Positions 25,514-38,187 of a DNA stretch of 64,000 nucleotides are shown in pieces. The position numbers and the translations under genes are program-made. Source of the stretch: Trichoplax adhaerens (lineage: Eukaryota; Animalia; Placozoa); the NCBI RefSeq assembly GCF_000150275.1, contig NW_002060949.1:3478449-3542448 (forward strand). Reading direction: 5' to 3'. Within the stretch, counting starts at the first letter, position 1, and each line of letters begins with the position of its first letter. The notes under the pieces were generated by a model. That model made no database searches, had not been told where the DNA came from, and was given only the letters and a program-made list of their open reading frames with translations.

Positions 25514-28459
25514 TTAAGAGTAACGATAGATCATCTTTTTGGCGAATTCATACGCAACAAAATTTACGGCAATAGCTGGAGCGACCTAAATATCACAATC
25601 GTAAGCATGCAATACCTTAGTACGAGAGCACATAACTTAAATGTATAAACTGAACAAGCTAGAATAACTATTACTCCTTAATTATTACCTTTATAACATT
25701 AGGTAGCATTCCTTTATACAATCCGAGATATCCTTCTACACGGATAATAGTAGCAAACGCATTTGCAGTAGAAGTATAGGCGAAGTTAGAATTAGTTCCT
25801 TTCATTTGCATTCTTCTTCGTATCACATCTAGTGGATAGGTGACTTGAATGATAAAAAATGATTGACGTCATCAAAGGATTATAGGTTTACAACATTAGA
25901 TATTTGATAATCATACTTCAAAAGTTGATACAATAACCCTTAACATTGTAAAAGTAATATTTATTTATTCTCTCGATAAGTGATAATTTAGCACGTATAT
26001 AATAAAGGAAACACTACCTGATTGAGATGCAGCACCAGCAATCCCACCGCACATTAGTCTAACTGGCACAGGCAATTCAGAAGTTCCGTTTGTAGAGGTA
26101 CTATAATAACGTCTCGTCACTATACCTATAATATGAAATGATTTAGCTTACAATCGGTTTACAATATGAAACATCCACCAATATAGCTAAATAGCTGAAA
26201 TTCGATGTCATCTAATATGCCAAACAAATTCACTAATTTTTAATAGATAAATCAGCAGTCTGTACCTTTTAAGTTTTCATAAATCATGAAATTAAGGCCA
26301 ACGTAAGGAGCAACACCCTAGTGTAAGGAGTATCGGATATAAACAGTAGTAAAGTGAGATAATAATAGAGTAGTATATGTAAGGAATTAATAATAATTCT
26401 TAATTGCAACTAATTTACGAGTATAGATAGTTTAGTACGGATTATATTCCACAATTACACATTTTCATGTGAAACTGCATTTTCTTTGGTTACCATTAAT
26501 GATGGTCCAATTCCACGATAAAGTGCACCCCCAAAAAATCCGCCTTCTTGTCGACATATTAGTACAGCTGCATGGAGAATACTCCTGAAAAAATTAAATT
26601 GCTTTAGATTGGAGTCTATCAGTGCCTGATTAATTCATACCATAGATTGACATTCAAACTATAATTGCAATCGATCACGAAATAAACAGATGAAAATATC
26701 GTTAACTTAAGTTAACTCTTTGATAATCACAAAATTATGGAACCTTTAGAACCTTTAGCTTGCACAAAAAATTAAAAGTTTTTATATTGACTTTTCTGAA
26801 CTGCATAATTAGTAAGATCGATTTCTTTGTTATTCACAAGTGTAGATACTCTCATTGTTGATATTGCAGTATAAGTTAATCTAATAATTAGTCGAGCATA
26901 TTTACAACTTTATATCTTCGTATGAAACTACGAAAATAATGTAATTACATTTGTGAATACTTGTTTAGCTCTAGCAATACGAACTATAACAAAGTACCAT
27001 AATCAATTTAATACATGCACTTTGCAGTACATTTACTTAATTTGCTGCTATCATATTGCAGAAATATGGATCGTAAGAATAATCTATTATGCAGAAACGT
27101 AATCTAATATACGTATAATTATTAATTATGGAGTAATCAAAGTCTTTCCCAATCCATCATCAATGATGAGCGTAAAGGATGCAATATGATCTACCTACAC
27201 AGTAAATGGAAAATTTTTACATGTGTTTACCTGTATTTGCGTGAAGGTCCATCGCCTTGAGCAGCCAATCGAGTTCTGTTTGACACGACATTTATATATT
27301 TACAACGAAATAATATAGGCCATTAAAGCGTAATAAAATCAAACCTTAAGACGTTCCGTAGCCTAGACGATGTAAGATGTTGCCGTATTAAGACATCTAA
27401 GCATTCCTATTTACCGAATAAGATCCAAAGGATAAGTGACGATAACTGACGTAAGGCCAGCCAGAGCGCCAGCTAATAGTCTTCGAAAGGAATCATGTTT
27501 GCGAAAGTCTTGGCTTATATGAAATTGCTATATTAAACAAGCAGTCGTCAATTTTCATTTAAGAATGCAGTTTTAAGTTGAATAGTATTGCAGCATTACA
27601 ATAATATATTAACTTGGAATCAAGCCGAGGTATTATCAGCGATATCAAATTACTTATTGTGATAATATTAGTTTATCAGAAAGCTTATAATTCTTAGATT
27701 GTATCTACTTAGTATTATTCAGCTACCTTCTTATATTCTTCATACGCAGTAAATTGGACGGCCATATACGGAATCATGCGAACAACGTTGGTCCCATTTC
27801 CCTATAATTAGAAAGATATCGTTTGAAATAAAGTACATTATCTTTAATTTTATGCAATAGTGACGTATGTTATTGTTGCAGCTAGATCAGTAACCAACCT
27901 TGAAGTAACCCCTAAATCCTTCTTCTCTACGTATTTGTAGTAGACTTGGTATGATTCCCTTAAATTTGATTTCATGTTGTGAATGTTGAAGCTACTCGAT
28001 AGATAGAAATGTTAACCAAAATTTATCATAGATGACTGCGAAAGATTATAATCTATGTTTACAGGTTATATTACCAACGGAATTAAGGATTACAGGACGT
28101 GCCAGAACGATATTTACAGATGTACACATACATGCACTGATTACGCTGTACAATAGAATTATAACTACTGCAAATTCTAACAATTTTAATAATTTTAATA
28201 GAAAAACGATAGGAATAGCAACAGGTATCTAAGACAATGCATCTAAACTCGGCACCTATGCTATATACAGTACTGTAAATAACTTAGCTGACCTGAAATA
28301 ATATCTTCAGTCTTTCTAACGGAGATACAACAGTTCGTGAAACAGCACCAGCAATTCCACCAGCTATTAGATGCTTAGATGTGTTACTACTAAATATTAA
28401 CAAGGTACTGTGGCGATTTCGGCGAGATGACAATAATGAGGGATCCTTTTCGTTAGTCA
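25514..28459 (-). CDS. Mitochondrial carrier (SLC25; SLC25A42/A16 - ADNT1/YPR011c group); exons 28459-28293, 27991-27899, 27801-27727, 27527-27415, 27275-27231, 26584-26494, 26317-26266, 26125-26018, 25843-25689, 25585-25514; start codon probably supplied by an upstream exon near 29660-29677
   Basis: Three carrier repeats with Px[DE]xx[KR] signatures (SPLERLK, YPLDLIRTR, YPLDVIRRR), plus GNGTNVVRMIPYMAVQF, GVAPYVGLNFMIYE and KVAPAIAVNFVAYE. All ten exons are phase-consistent. The gene is absent from the ORF track because its exons are small. Confidence 0.93.
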
Positions 28460-31341
28460 CTTGATATCAATGCAACAAGATACATAACAAAAGCCAGTTA
28501 AACTTGCTAATCAACAGGTTTGCATTCACTTTTTACTCATAAATTACATTATTTACGGTCAGTACATGCACTGCATTGCACGTTATAAATCGGTCATCAC
28601 ATTTTTATACTATATTTCTAGTCTAATCATATCACGTTGGTAACCATAAGGTAGAAAGAAAAACAAGTTACCAATTATCGATCTGCACACAGTATGTTAA
28701 ATCTCTTCTACAAATGAACCAAATATCTACAAACGTAGTTGCTCAATTAGCACAGACTTTGAAGTATAGCACTATATATTGCAGTAGAATAAAGCTTTCC
28801 ATCTGTAGCATCATATTGATATATTTTATCCCCATCGACCCTCTCTCTTCATTCAAACGTATAAAAATTTTTAAAAATTGAAAAACTCCATAGGCATTTT
28901 TGCAAAACGACATTGAATTACTGTATGAAATAGCACGTGCTTTGATTTTATCTACTCTCTATAAAGCTATCAAGTACAGTATATGCATTCTAGTTCAGTT
29001 TACTTAACTATAGCGGTCAAGTTTCCTGTTACTATCATGGGAAGTAAAAGAAGACCAAGTTTATCGAATGAAAGGAGTGGTACTGTACATTAATTGTACG
29101 CATCTATGTTCTTGTATAGCTGACAGTAATCAAGTTAAATTGGTTATAAAATTTTGAGCATTAGCAAATAGAACTCTACTCTTGTGAGGAACGTTTAAAT
29201 CTCTTCTACATAAGTCATAACAAGTAATGAAAGTTATTAATTGCATACGCATATATCGTATAGAATCTATGAAGTTCTACAGTATGTTTAAACTTTAAAC
29301 TTCACATGGCCAAATGTAGGTGAATATCGACTAGCTATCCGAAAAAAGATCACTTCTACTAGCCGATTGATATCGAATACACCATGTAGTACGTGTATCA
29401 TCGTAGAGTAATGATCAAATTTGTATCATCGTTAGGATGCCATGAACGTCATCGTTTAAGTTCAATTAAGGCCACTTTAGAGTGACTGATGTTAGCATTA
29501 TAGCATGTTTCATCGATATTAAGTGTGGTAATTTTGACATTAGCAGGCGATTCTTATGATGATAGATTGGAATAGATGCTTATTTTCACTTTTTTCACGA
29601 TGATATTTTACTTTTTACTTGTTTTCAAGCAATGGAAGTTAACAAAATATTAATCTTACTCATAATCTCTACTTACTTGTAATAGAGTAAATATACGTAT
29701 ATCAATTTTCAGCACTTATTCGGTCTCACTAGGCAGTCCTCAATTCCCTTTTGTTTGTCTCCTTCAAATCTCATTCTGACTTGGCCATTTCGCCGTTCTT
29801 ATGACATTTATACAAGTTGTTTGAAGATTGCTTTATCCAATTCTAGTTGTAAATGATATTATCTGAATAGATATAGTGAATAGAAAGAGGGTGGAGCCGG
29901 CTACTAGAAATTATAAGAAAAATGGTTGTCATTCATGTATTGCAGTAAACTTGGAGTCAAGCTCAGAAGTTAGTATGTGCATAGACTATCGAACCTCGTT
30001 AGTTGCCTCTAGTACCTGGCTAACTATACGTTGAGTGTATTTATTAGGCGCCTAATTAATGGCATAATACTGTACTAAGGGCTTCCTATTTTTATTGGTA
30101 ATCCTTTACAATACATTACATTGCCGTAGCCTCTGGCGTTTACTAACGTATTGTATTTCAAATACTACGTGAAAAGCTTGTAGTATGTGTGTATAGTATG
30201 TTAACATTCATCTAGTATACGCATAATTATAATACTAGTAATTATAATATTTATATGCGAGTATATTCTGTATAGGCCATTACGCGTATTGCTTAGATTT
30301 CAGACATTGGCCGTAATATATATACATAAACATATATGTATATACAGTAATAATGATACTTTATACGTGTATAAGGCGTAAAGCTAACTATAATTAATTA
30401 GCAAATAAAATCAACGAGCTACAATCTTGATTCTAAATGACGTTAATTTTCCGTTATTTTTAGGCGTCTCCCTGTCTGCAACCAAAGGGTTTGTACTGTA
30501 CTGTCCGTGAAGCAGACCTGAGAAAGGTTCGGTTCGGTTCAATATCTTTATGTTCTATGGCGTGAAGACTAACTGATGTACAGTTGTCGCTTACTAACTA
30601 GAAATAATTGAGAAGCTGACTATTTTACTAGTCGTTTTACTGTTCTGTACAACTGTTGCGTTACACCTTTTTAACCGGTTTTAAGATTGTGGCACCTGAT
30701 GCAGAGCAAAAAGGATGAGTACAGGAGCGTATGGAAACAGATGTACGGTAGGGATATAACCAGCAAATAGTGTAGTCAGTCTTCCAGTTTCCAGATAGAA
30801 AGCGGCAGTTTGCTCGTTTCTTTTCTTCTCGTTTGAACTACTACAGACTCATTATACTCACTAATAGTAATGAATTATAACACAGATCTTGTTTCACAGT
30901 AAGTAAAAGAGCTGTACAGGGACGGACGGGAACTGGCCTTTACCAGAAGGCTGATCTAGGCTGATCAATGTGATCATTTTCTAGTCATTTTATTACTCTA
31001 CCATACTACTGAAACCATACGGCGCACTATGGGAAACCTACAGGGCTACGATTCTGCTTAAGATCATAGCGCCCAATTACCATTAAAGCCAGATGAGCAA
31101 AAAGATTCCAAATTTACTTCAAATTATTCAATTTTAGAATCTTTGTAAAATATTATTTTCACCATACTCGTATGCTTGCCCACTGTATAGCGTACATTGT
31201 AAGGTCGCACATGTGTGGAGTAGAATAGAGTTTAATTGACCAGCAAAATAGTCCGTCTGCTCGATTCTGGTGAAAGGCCTCTTGCCGTGCTTCTCTTTTG
31301 AGTAAGATGACTGATGTTAGTATGGAAGGCTGTACATCACT

Positions 31342-31355
31342 GTTGCCATAGAGAT
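31342..31355 (+). promoter_or_regulatory. RFX X-box-like element upstream of MORN2
   Basis: GTTGCCATAGAGAT ~300 nt upstream of the proposed ATG; partial match to GTTNCCATRGNAAC. Confidence 0.4.
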
Positions 31356-31640
31356 AAGAAAACGGCTAAGCATTAATCAGTTAGTTTACTATAGACAACC
31401 TTGTCTCTACTCCGATGACAAATACAAGTATACGACGTCTATCTACTGCGATTAATTGAGAAACGATTAAATTCGAATCGTGATTAGACGAAGAACTCGA
31501 AATTTCTATCGCTTGTCTGCGCAGCATTCGCTGCTAACTGTCTTTGCGTTGGATATTAATCTAGTTACACTGTAGAAACAGGAAATATCCAAGATTTAGC
31601 AACCATCTTCAATAGAAACAACTGATCTGTAATAATCAAT

Positions 31641-33248
31641 ATGCCAGGTTAGATTAAGTCAATTATGAATAATATCATGGATATCTTGACTCATGATTAA
31701 TTCTTAAGTATTAATATTGATGGCCATGCCAACTAAATTTAAAATAGAACATAAAAAGATATACTAGCCTACGGAAATTAAGATATTTTTCTTTTCTCTT
31801 CACTATCAATCTACTGCTGAACCTGTTAATTCAAATAGGAAGTAAATTAAAGCAAGGTAATAAAGTTAACATTGATATACTCAGGCACAATATATTTGAT
31901 AAGAATAACCTACATCAGTTTAGCCACCATTAAAAGTGAACATATTTTGGTATAGGTAGAATATATAAGTACGGCAAACGGTACTTTAATCGACTACGGT
32001 AGTCGTATTAGACACTGGCTGTATATAACTATGTAGCCAAATGTTAAGATGAAGTTTCTGTCAACTTGATTCTTTTACCTGCCTCAGTATTATTAGTCCA
32101 CATGAACATAGAACACGTATAATAACTTGATCAACTATGCCCTGGCATGCATAACATAATGAAAACAAAAAATATTTTACAATTTTTAAACCCAGAGTTG
32201 ATCTGTAAAACTCCGTTATATCTTTAAATTAGCATATTATAGTATTTATGTAATTGAAGTAGAATATATTTCTAAAGTTTGCAAAATATAGGACTCGCTA
32301 GTTATCGTAATATGCAGAGATTTCAGTTTCTGCTATGTTGTTTAAAGGAACCTGGAATTTTAATACCATATCTGTACGATAAAGATTGCATTGATATATA
32401 GTAGAACATTTTGAATGGCTTAAAAGCAAGAAAAATGTATCGTTGTACCAGTGATAATATTATACATGTGAAACCAATAAGAGCAGTTCAGTTGTATACT
32501 TAAATACTGTTCACCAATTTTATTCTGATCTCTATAGCTCCGCCAGTATTGAAAGGAGTCTATATATTTCCCAATGGAGATCGTTATGGTATAGTAAATA
32601 TTTTAAAACGGAATGATTTTGTCTAATTTGTCTTGTCTAGTAGAAAAAATTTGTAAATGATAATCATAATTGAAATAGATGGAGAGTATGTAATGATTGA
32701 TGGAAATTTACAAAGAAATGGTTATGGAACACATACTACGCCGGACGGCCATCGCTATGAAGGACAATGGATAGCAGATCGAATGTTGGGAAAAGGTATA
32801 TCCTCTAATGATCGTTAAGAGTGAAACGTCTTACATATATTTAATATTAATACATATCATACGTTTTGACATGAATAAACATATAGTACAATTAAAACTG
32901 CCATGAAACTTGACTTCTAGGCTGTCTAACCCATCCATCAGGAGCATCATATGACGGTGAATTTATGGATAACAAGTTTCATGGTCGTGGAAAATATTCA
33001 TGGCCAGATGGATCATATGTAATGTGTAATTTTAACGATAATTTGTAAGTCAAGATTGTTTTATTGAGAGGCTTAATTAAGAACGCGTACTCAGTTGGCA
33101 CCCATCGAAATAATCATCTTAATTAAATTTGTATTTAAGATTGAATGGTCAGGGAACGTATGTAGATCCTAGAGGTCAAGCTTGGGTTGGAAATTTCAAT
33201 AAGCTGCAAGCAAACAATCTTAGATTCGTTTTAAATATGAAAACATAA
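31641..33248 (+). CDS. MORN2: MORN repeat-containing protein 2; exons 31641-31647 and 31839-31856 (both tentative), 32538-32588, 32679-32795, 32921-33044, 33140-33248
   Basis: YIFPNGDRYDGEY...RNGYGTHTTPDGHRYEGQWIADRMLGKGCLTHPSGASYDGEFMDNKFHGRGKYSWPDG...GQGTYVDPRGQAWVGNF: MORN repeats with a MORN2-type C-terminus; phase-consistent junctions. Confidence 0.88.
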
Positions 33249-33708
33249 TATCATATTTATCTCCTAATAGCCTATCCAGTTTATTGTTCAAAACCAATTG
33301 TAATCAAATCTTCTAAATTTGATATTGTTAAGATATAACTGTAAAACTGATGCCGATTTTTTCATTTGGTTCATTGTTAAGAACCTATCTTAATTTAGGA
33401 GGCTGTTAAAACTATACTTAGAATACTGTACATCTACTCTGAAATAGTAATTGCCAACAAGGATTAATAGATAGAAATCATAGATAAGAACGTATTTGCA
33501 AAGGTCATTTATTTCCGTATTTTACAATTTTTTTTGAGAGCTACTTGATTATAGATAAATGTAAAAATTGCCTTCGTTACCGGATTGTTTGTAAGGGCAT
33601 TAACAGTATACTATATGGAATACATTACATTGTCCAAAGCTAACTTAAAATTAATTTAAAAGCTGTTTTGTTCCATGATATTTTAATTAAGAAAATAATG
33701 GAAACGTT

Positions 33709-35223
33709 TCATTTTCGTTTCAATCGCAAAACATGTATATCATCGCTACGATAGACATCATCCAAGTCCTCCTGCCTAATCTCTTTTATCCTAAAATCTC
33801 TCTGCATATCCTATAAAATATAGAGATAATAATCAACTATTTTAATAAATGAGCCCTACAAGATAAATTTGTTAGCATCAAGGTCCGTATTTAACATGTC
33901 CTTACATATAGGAATCGGTGTATTAAGCTCATCTTATTGCCTAAAGTTCTTTCCTCGTAGCTTATCAATATTGAGGTGTCTTGACCAGCAAGTTTCTTTA
34001 TAACATTTATCAATGGGTCTAAACCCTAAAAATTCGTCCATGTCTGAGTAATGTGTTTATTAATCTCAAAATTTACGGCATGATTATACCTTAACTACAG
34101 TTTGATTGTAATAGTCAACAAATACAATGATTACCACATTCAAGTGATATAGTTGTTAATATAAAATTTTTGACCCTGATTACGTTATTTGCTATAGCTT
34201 AATTTCAGCAATCCCACACGCATGTACAAGTAGCACTACAGTATACCCAAGTAATAAGACTATTAATCAAAAAATTAGTCACCAGATTACGTTATGTTAC
34301 AGCAAGTTAATTCTAGCTATACATAAATTTATGTAGCAGTAGTACTTACCTCCTCATAATATATAACATCTGACATGATTAAATAGTCTGGTAGGGGTAA
34401 AAGTTTGTCAATTTCATCATTCCTGTCAGTAAAATAGTATTTATTAGCATACAGAAGATTTCATGATATAATTTTGTGATTAGAGCTTTTAGTTTCTGGT
34501 TTACCATTATCAACTATTAATCATTACACATCTGAACTTTTGCTTGTGAAATGAAAGGTTAGTTACTTCTCAGTCAATTAATGCTAAAATAGTACATTTT
34601 ATGATAAGATATACTGCATAATTAAATCAATTCAATTCGATAGCTTCATTACTGACCAAGATAGGACGGATGCTTCAATGTGTCCAGAATGTATGCTACT
34701 TTTATTATTGTCTATGTTCAATTGCATTAATGGTAAAAATTGAGGTAAATCGGTTATAACCACGTTCGCTCTAGAGAAAATAGAACCAATTGAAGAGTAA
34801 AAAGCATGCATGATCCGAACAAGTTATGCAACTGCGATGAAAACGACGTTCGATCTCACTGTGTAGTGCAATAGTATAGCATACTCGCATGTATACTGTA
34901 TATTGTCTACAAATTAGCCACTAGTTACAAAATCGAATGATGACTTGAGTAACAACTGACCCAATTATAGCAGCACAGAGTCCAACAATGCCAGTTCCAG
35001 CACCCAACTCAATAACTTTCTTCCCGTTAATATCTTCGCTACCTTTCTCGTGACCTAACTCCAAATATTTCGCCAACACCAAGGCCGCATCCCATACCAC
35101 ACAACCAACGTCACCAATTTCAGCTTGATGAATTTGTAGAGTCGATGAGCAGCATTCAAGTTGTCGTATAAATGATTTGCTCAAGTCCATACTGTCGGTA
35201 ACGATATCCATATCTCCATCCAT
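33709..35223 (-). CDS. VCPKMT: Protein-lysine methyltransferase METTL21D/VCPKMT; exons 35223-34961, 34770-34657, 34422-34350, 34025-33906, 33810-33709
   Basis: GDVGCVVWDAALVLAKYLE, SAM motif I VIELGAGTG, VVITDL, motif II DVIYYEE, SYEERTLG and C-terminal YRSDDIH; phase-consistent GT-AG junctions. Confidence 0.92.
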
Positions 35224-35544
35224 GTCTAAGAAGTTATATTATCTACAGTATCAATGGCATCCATATTAAGGTGATTAAAAGAGCTGAACTTGCGAGCATG
35301 AACGTATCTGGCTAGTACAGTACAGCAGCAGACATTTTTAAATAAACTACATCATTTAGATCCTGATTAACTATTGCAAAAAAATGTTATAACTATCCCA
35401 ATAATGAAGTTACCTGCTTGTGATGTCGAAGCTACTTGCTCTTTATCGTTGCTATCCTCTTATTCTATCGACCACCTCCATCCATGGCGTCTTTCCCTTG
35501 CAATCCTCTGCTAATCTAAACAAGCCAGTTAAATAAACTGCTGT

Positions 35545-35710
35545 GCTGTACAGTACACTGTACTGTATTGTACTGTACTCTGTACTGTATTCTACAGTAC
35601 AGTACACTTCGTCAGGGATTACTACTATAGAGAGATAAAATCTGTCCTACTGTAGTATATATACAGTATGTAGCCCCTGGCCCTGACTGCGTACTACAAT
35701 ATACTAGCTG
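35545..35710. promoter_or_regulatory. CAGTA/TACTG motif cluster in the divergent VCPKMT/CAP promoter
   Basis: ctgtacagtacactgtactgtattgtactgtactctgtactgtattctacagtacagtac lies between two head-to-head genes. Confidence 0.55.
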
Positions 35711-36284
35711 GAATCGTTGTAGCCAGTCCTGTGCGGACTGAGCAATACCGTCTTGAAAAATTGATTTTGTTGGAATGGGGGGGATATTGGACGTCATATT
35801 TGGTCATCTAAAATCGAGTCATGAACCACTAGAAGAAGGCCTAGGACTTCGAGTACTCTTCCCGTTGTCCTTGATAAAGTCAAAGGGATAAAGAGTCCTT
35901 TGACTGCTTTCCAAAGCTAAAACAGCAACTACTGTACAAAATTCTTCATACTGGAATAGTGGATTAACAGTTCTCCAATAGGCGATACTGAACTTCGTGT
36001 GCAAAATAGCATGTCACTACTGATATCAACTCTAGACCATTGCTGTATGATAGCGATCGTTTCATAGGTGACAGATTATTTTGCACACAAATCGTTATCG
36101 ATAGTGTACCGTACCCTATGAGGTCATCGCTATACGGTACTGCAGGGTATCGGTATGGCACTGCGCAATAGCTGAAGGACCCCACCCTACCAACGACTTT
36201 TCTCCTTTCTTGTCCTCCCTTACCAGGTACCATACCAGGAACGTCTTCTCTTCTGCTTGACGAGGTCTCCAAAAAAAATTTCTC

Positions 36285-36322
36285 AAATCATTTCCTTCTT
36301 CTACTGCTGACTATTCTGTTCG
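36285..36322 (+). other. Probable non-coding first exon of CAP (intron 36323-38179)
   Basis: Pyrimidine-rich tcatttccttctt start, a strong donor cg|gtaagt at 36323, and an acceptor ctgtttag just before the CAP ATG. Confidence 0.5.
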
Positions 36323-38187
36323 GTAAGTTTTCATGATGCAACCATGAATTCTTTTTAACCAATATTGAATGTACGGTATCTATCTGTGGAATATTCTGAG
36401 TTCTATCATCAGTCATAGCTTGCAATACTTGCAAGATTCAATTTAGCCCTTTTCAAACCCTCGCCGTAGCTGCTCCTTTATCCATCACGTTATTATAGCA
36501 TGGATGCTCGTCAATTCTATCAAAGATGAAATTTCACTCAGTGACTGCCATTTTTAGCTACTATGTCAATAAAGTGGAATGTTGATGGCCTTTGTAGGCG
36601 AATTCAATGTCAATTATACTTTCCAATAAGACGAATAGAATCGATTAAATGATACGGCCATGACACGACGCTACGGGACGCACAATAACAGGCAAATAGG
36701 ACAACCACTTGCATCAGCCTTCTAAATCAGTTTCCTTAAGGCCCCTTTTATCCTTAGTTCAGATGCGCTCTGTACTTTCTGACTGTCAATGCCAGCTAGT
36801 TAATAAATCTTAACTTAGACCACTGCAGAATGAATCCTGCTTTCCTCTGTAAAACCTGTCTAATCTTACTGGATGTAGACGGTTAGAAATAGGCATTAGC
36901 TTACTAGCTTGTAACGAAAGTAGAAAAACAATTTACCCTATCACGTATACAGAAAACCATACCGTATACCGTATCCCTGTTATCACTTATTCAATTGTAA
37001 ATTCTGCAGATGATATAACGTACAAAATTGCATTCTTCAAGGAATCGATCGGTTACTCTAGACAGCTTTCTAACTTACAGTTTCAATCCATTTTCGTATT
37101 GATCTCCTATCCTCTTTATTAGTGCAGCACAGCCACGTTCTCAAGCTTAATACAGTACTGTAGACGTAGTTCATGAGAAGAGCCTATTGATCTGTATTAG
37201 GACTGTTGGATTCCATATTCTTGAATGAGTTTTTATTATCTACTTCCTCTACATCGATCTTAGATACGTGTAGTGTACTTAAAATGGTAATGATGGATGT
37301 ATGGATACTTTGAACAACCTCGAGTACTTACAACTAGTTCTAACTATTAACTTTATTCCACATATTTGCACAGTAATCTAAATACACGTATGTAGGTAAT
37401 ACGGTTATGAATACCGCATATAGATATGCACCTTTGATCGAAAGAGGTGTCTTTGCAAGGATACAGTAATGCCTAGAATTAGACATGTGTATTAATGAAG
37501 TCAAAAATAAATTGGTTTACGTAGATAGGGATATGGGTTAACCTATCAAAGTTTTCATTTAAACAAGCATAGCGTGCAGTAGTTGTACTAATAGGATCGA
37601 TTGTGAAATTGAATTATGCAAGTCAATAGCGACGGTTGTAATATAATAGCTAATATGTATCGTTTAGTCCAGCGATTCAGATGAAAGACGGACTATTCAT
37701 ATCGTAAAAGATGTAACTGCAGGCATGCAGGAATAATCATGACTATTTCTTTCACTAATATCGGCATACTATGAGTAGGTAATCATCTTGGCAGCTCATC
37801 ATTATAGACTACTCACTGCATGACTATAGGCATTACGATCATCCGATTATTTCCGTAATTCCTACTGTATGATAATAATTCTTATTAACTATTGTATTAT
37901 TTATAATCACTACCTATAATGTATTTGCTTTCAGGCCGATAAATACTGTACGTGGTATTTTAACTGCGTTTACAATAAAATAATAAAATGAGATTATTAA
38001 AGACAACGTAGTCAATAAAATTCCTATCTCTGTTAGAACTAATTGTAGTAAAATAGTTAACATAGAGTGAACAAGTCTAACTTTATTTGTCAATGCTGAA
38101 GTTTAGCTTTGTTATTACATTCTCCTTTTCTCTTGAATGAGAAGATGGTATTTATTATATACTATTTTGCACTGTTTAGAATCATTC

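Noticed and set aside
35612-36272. Three minus-strand ORFs of 61-102 aa
   Set aside because: They lie in a GC-richer promoter region, with no homology or splice support.
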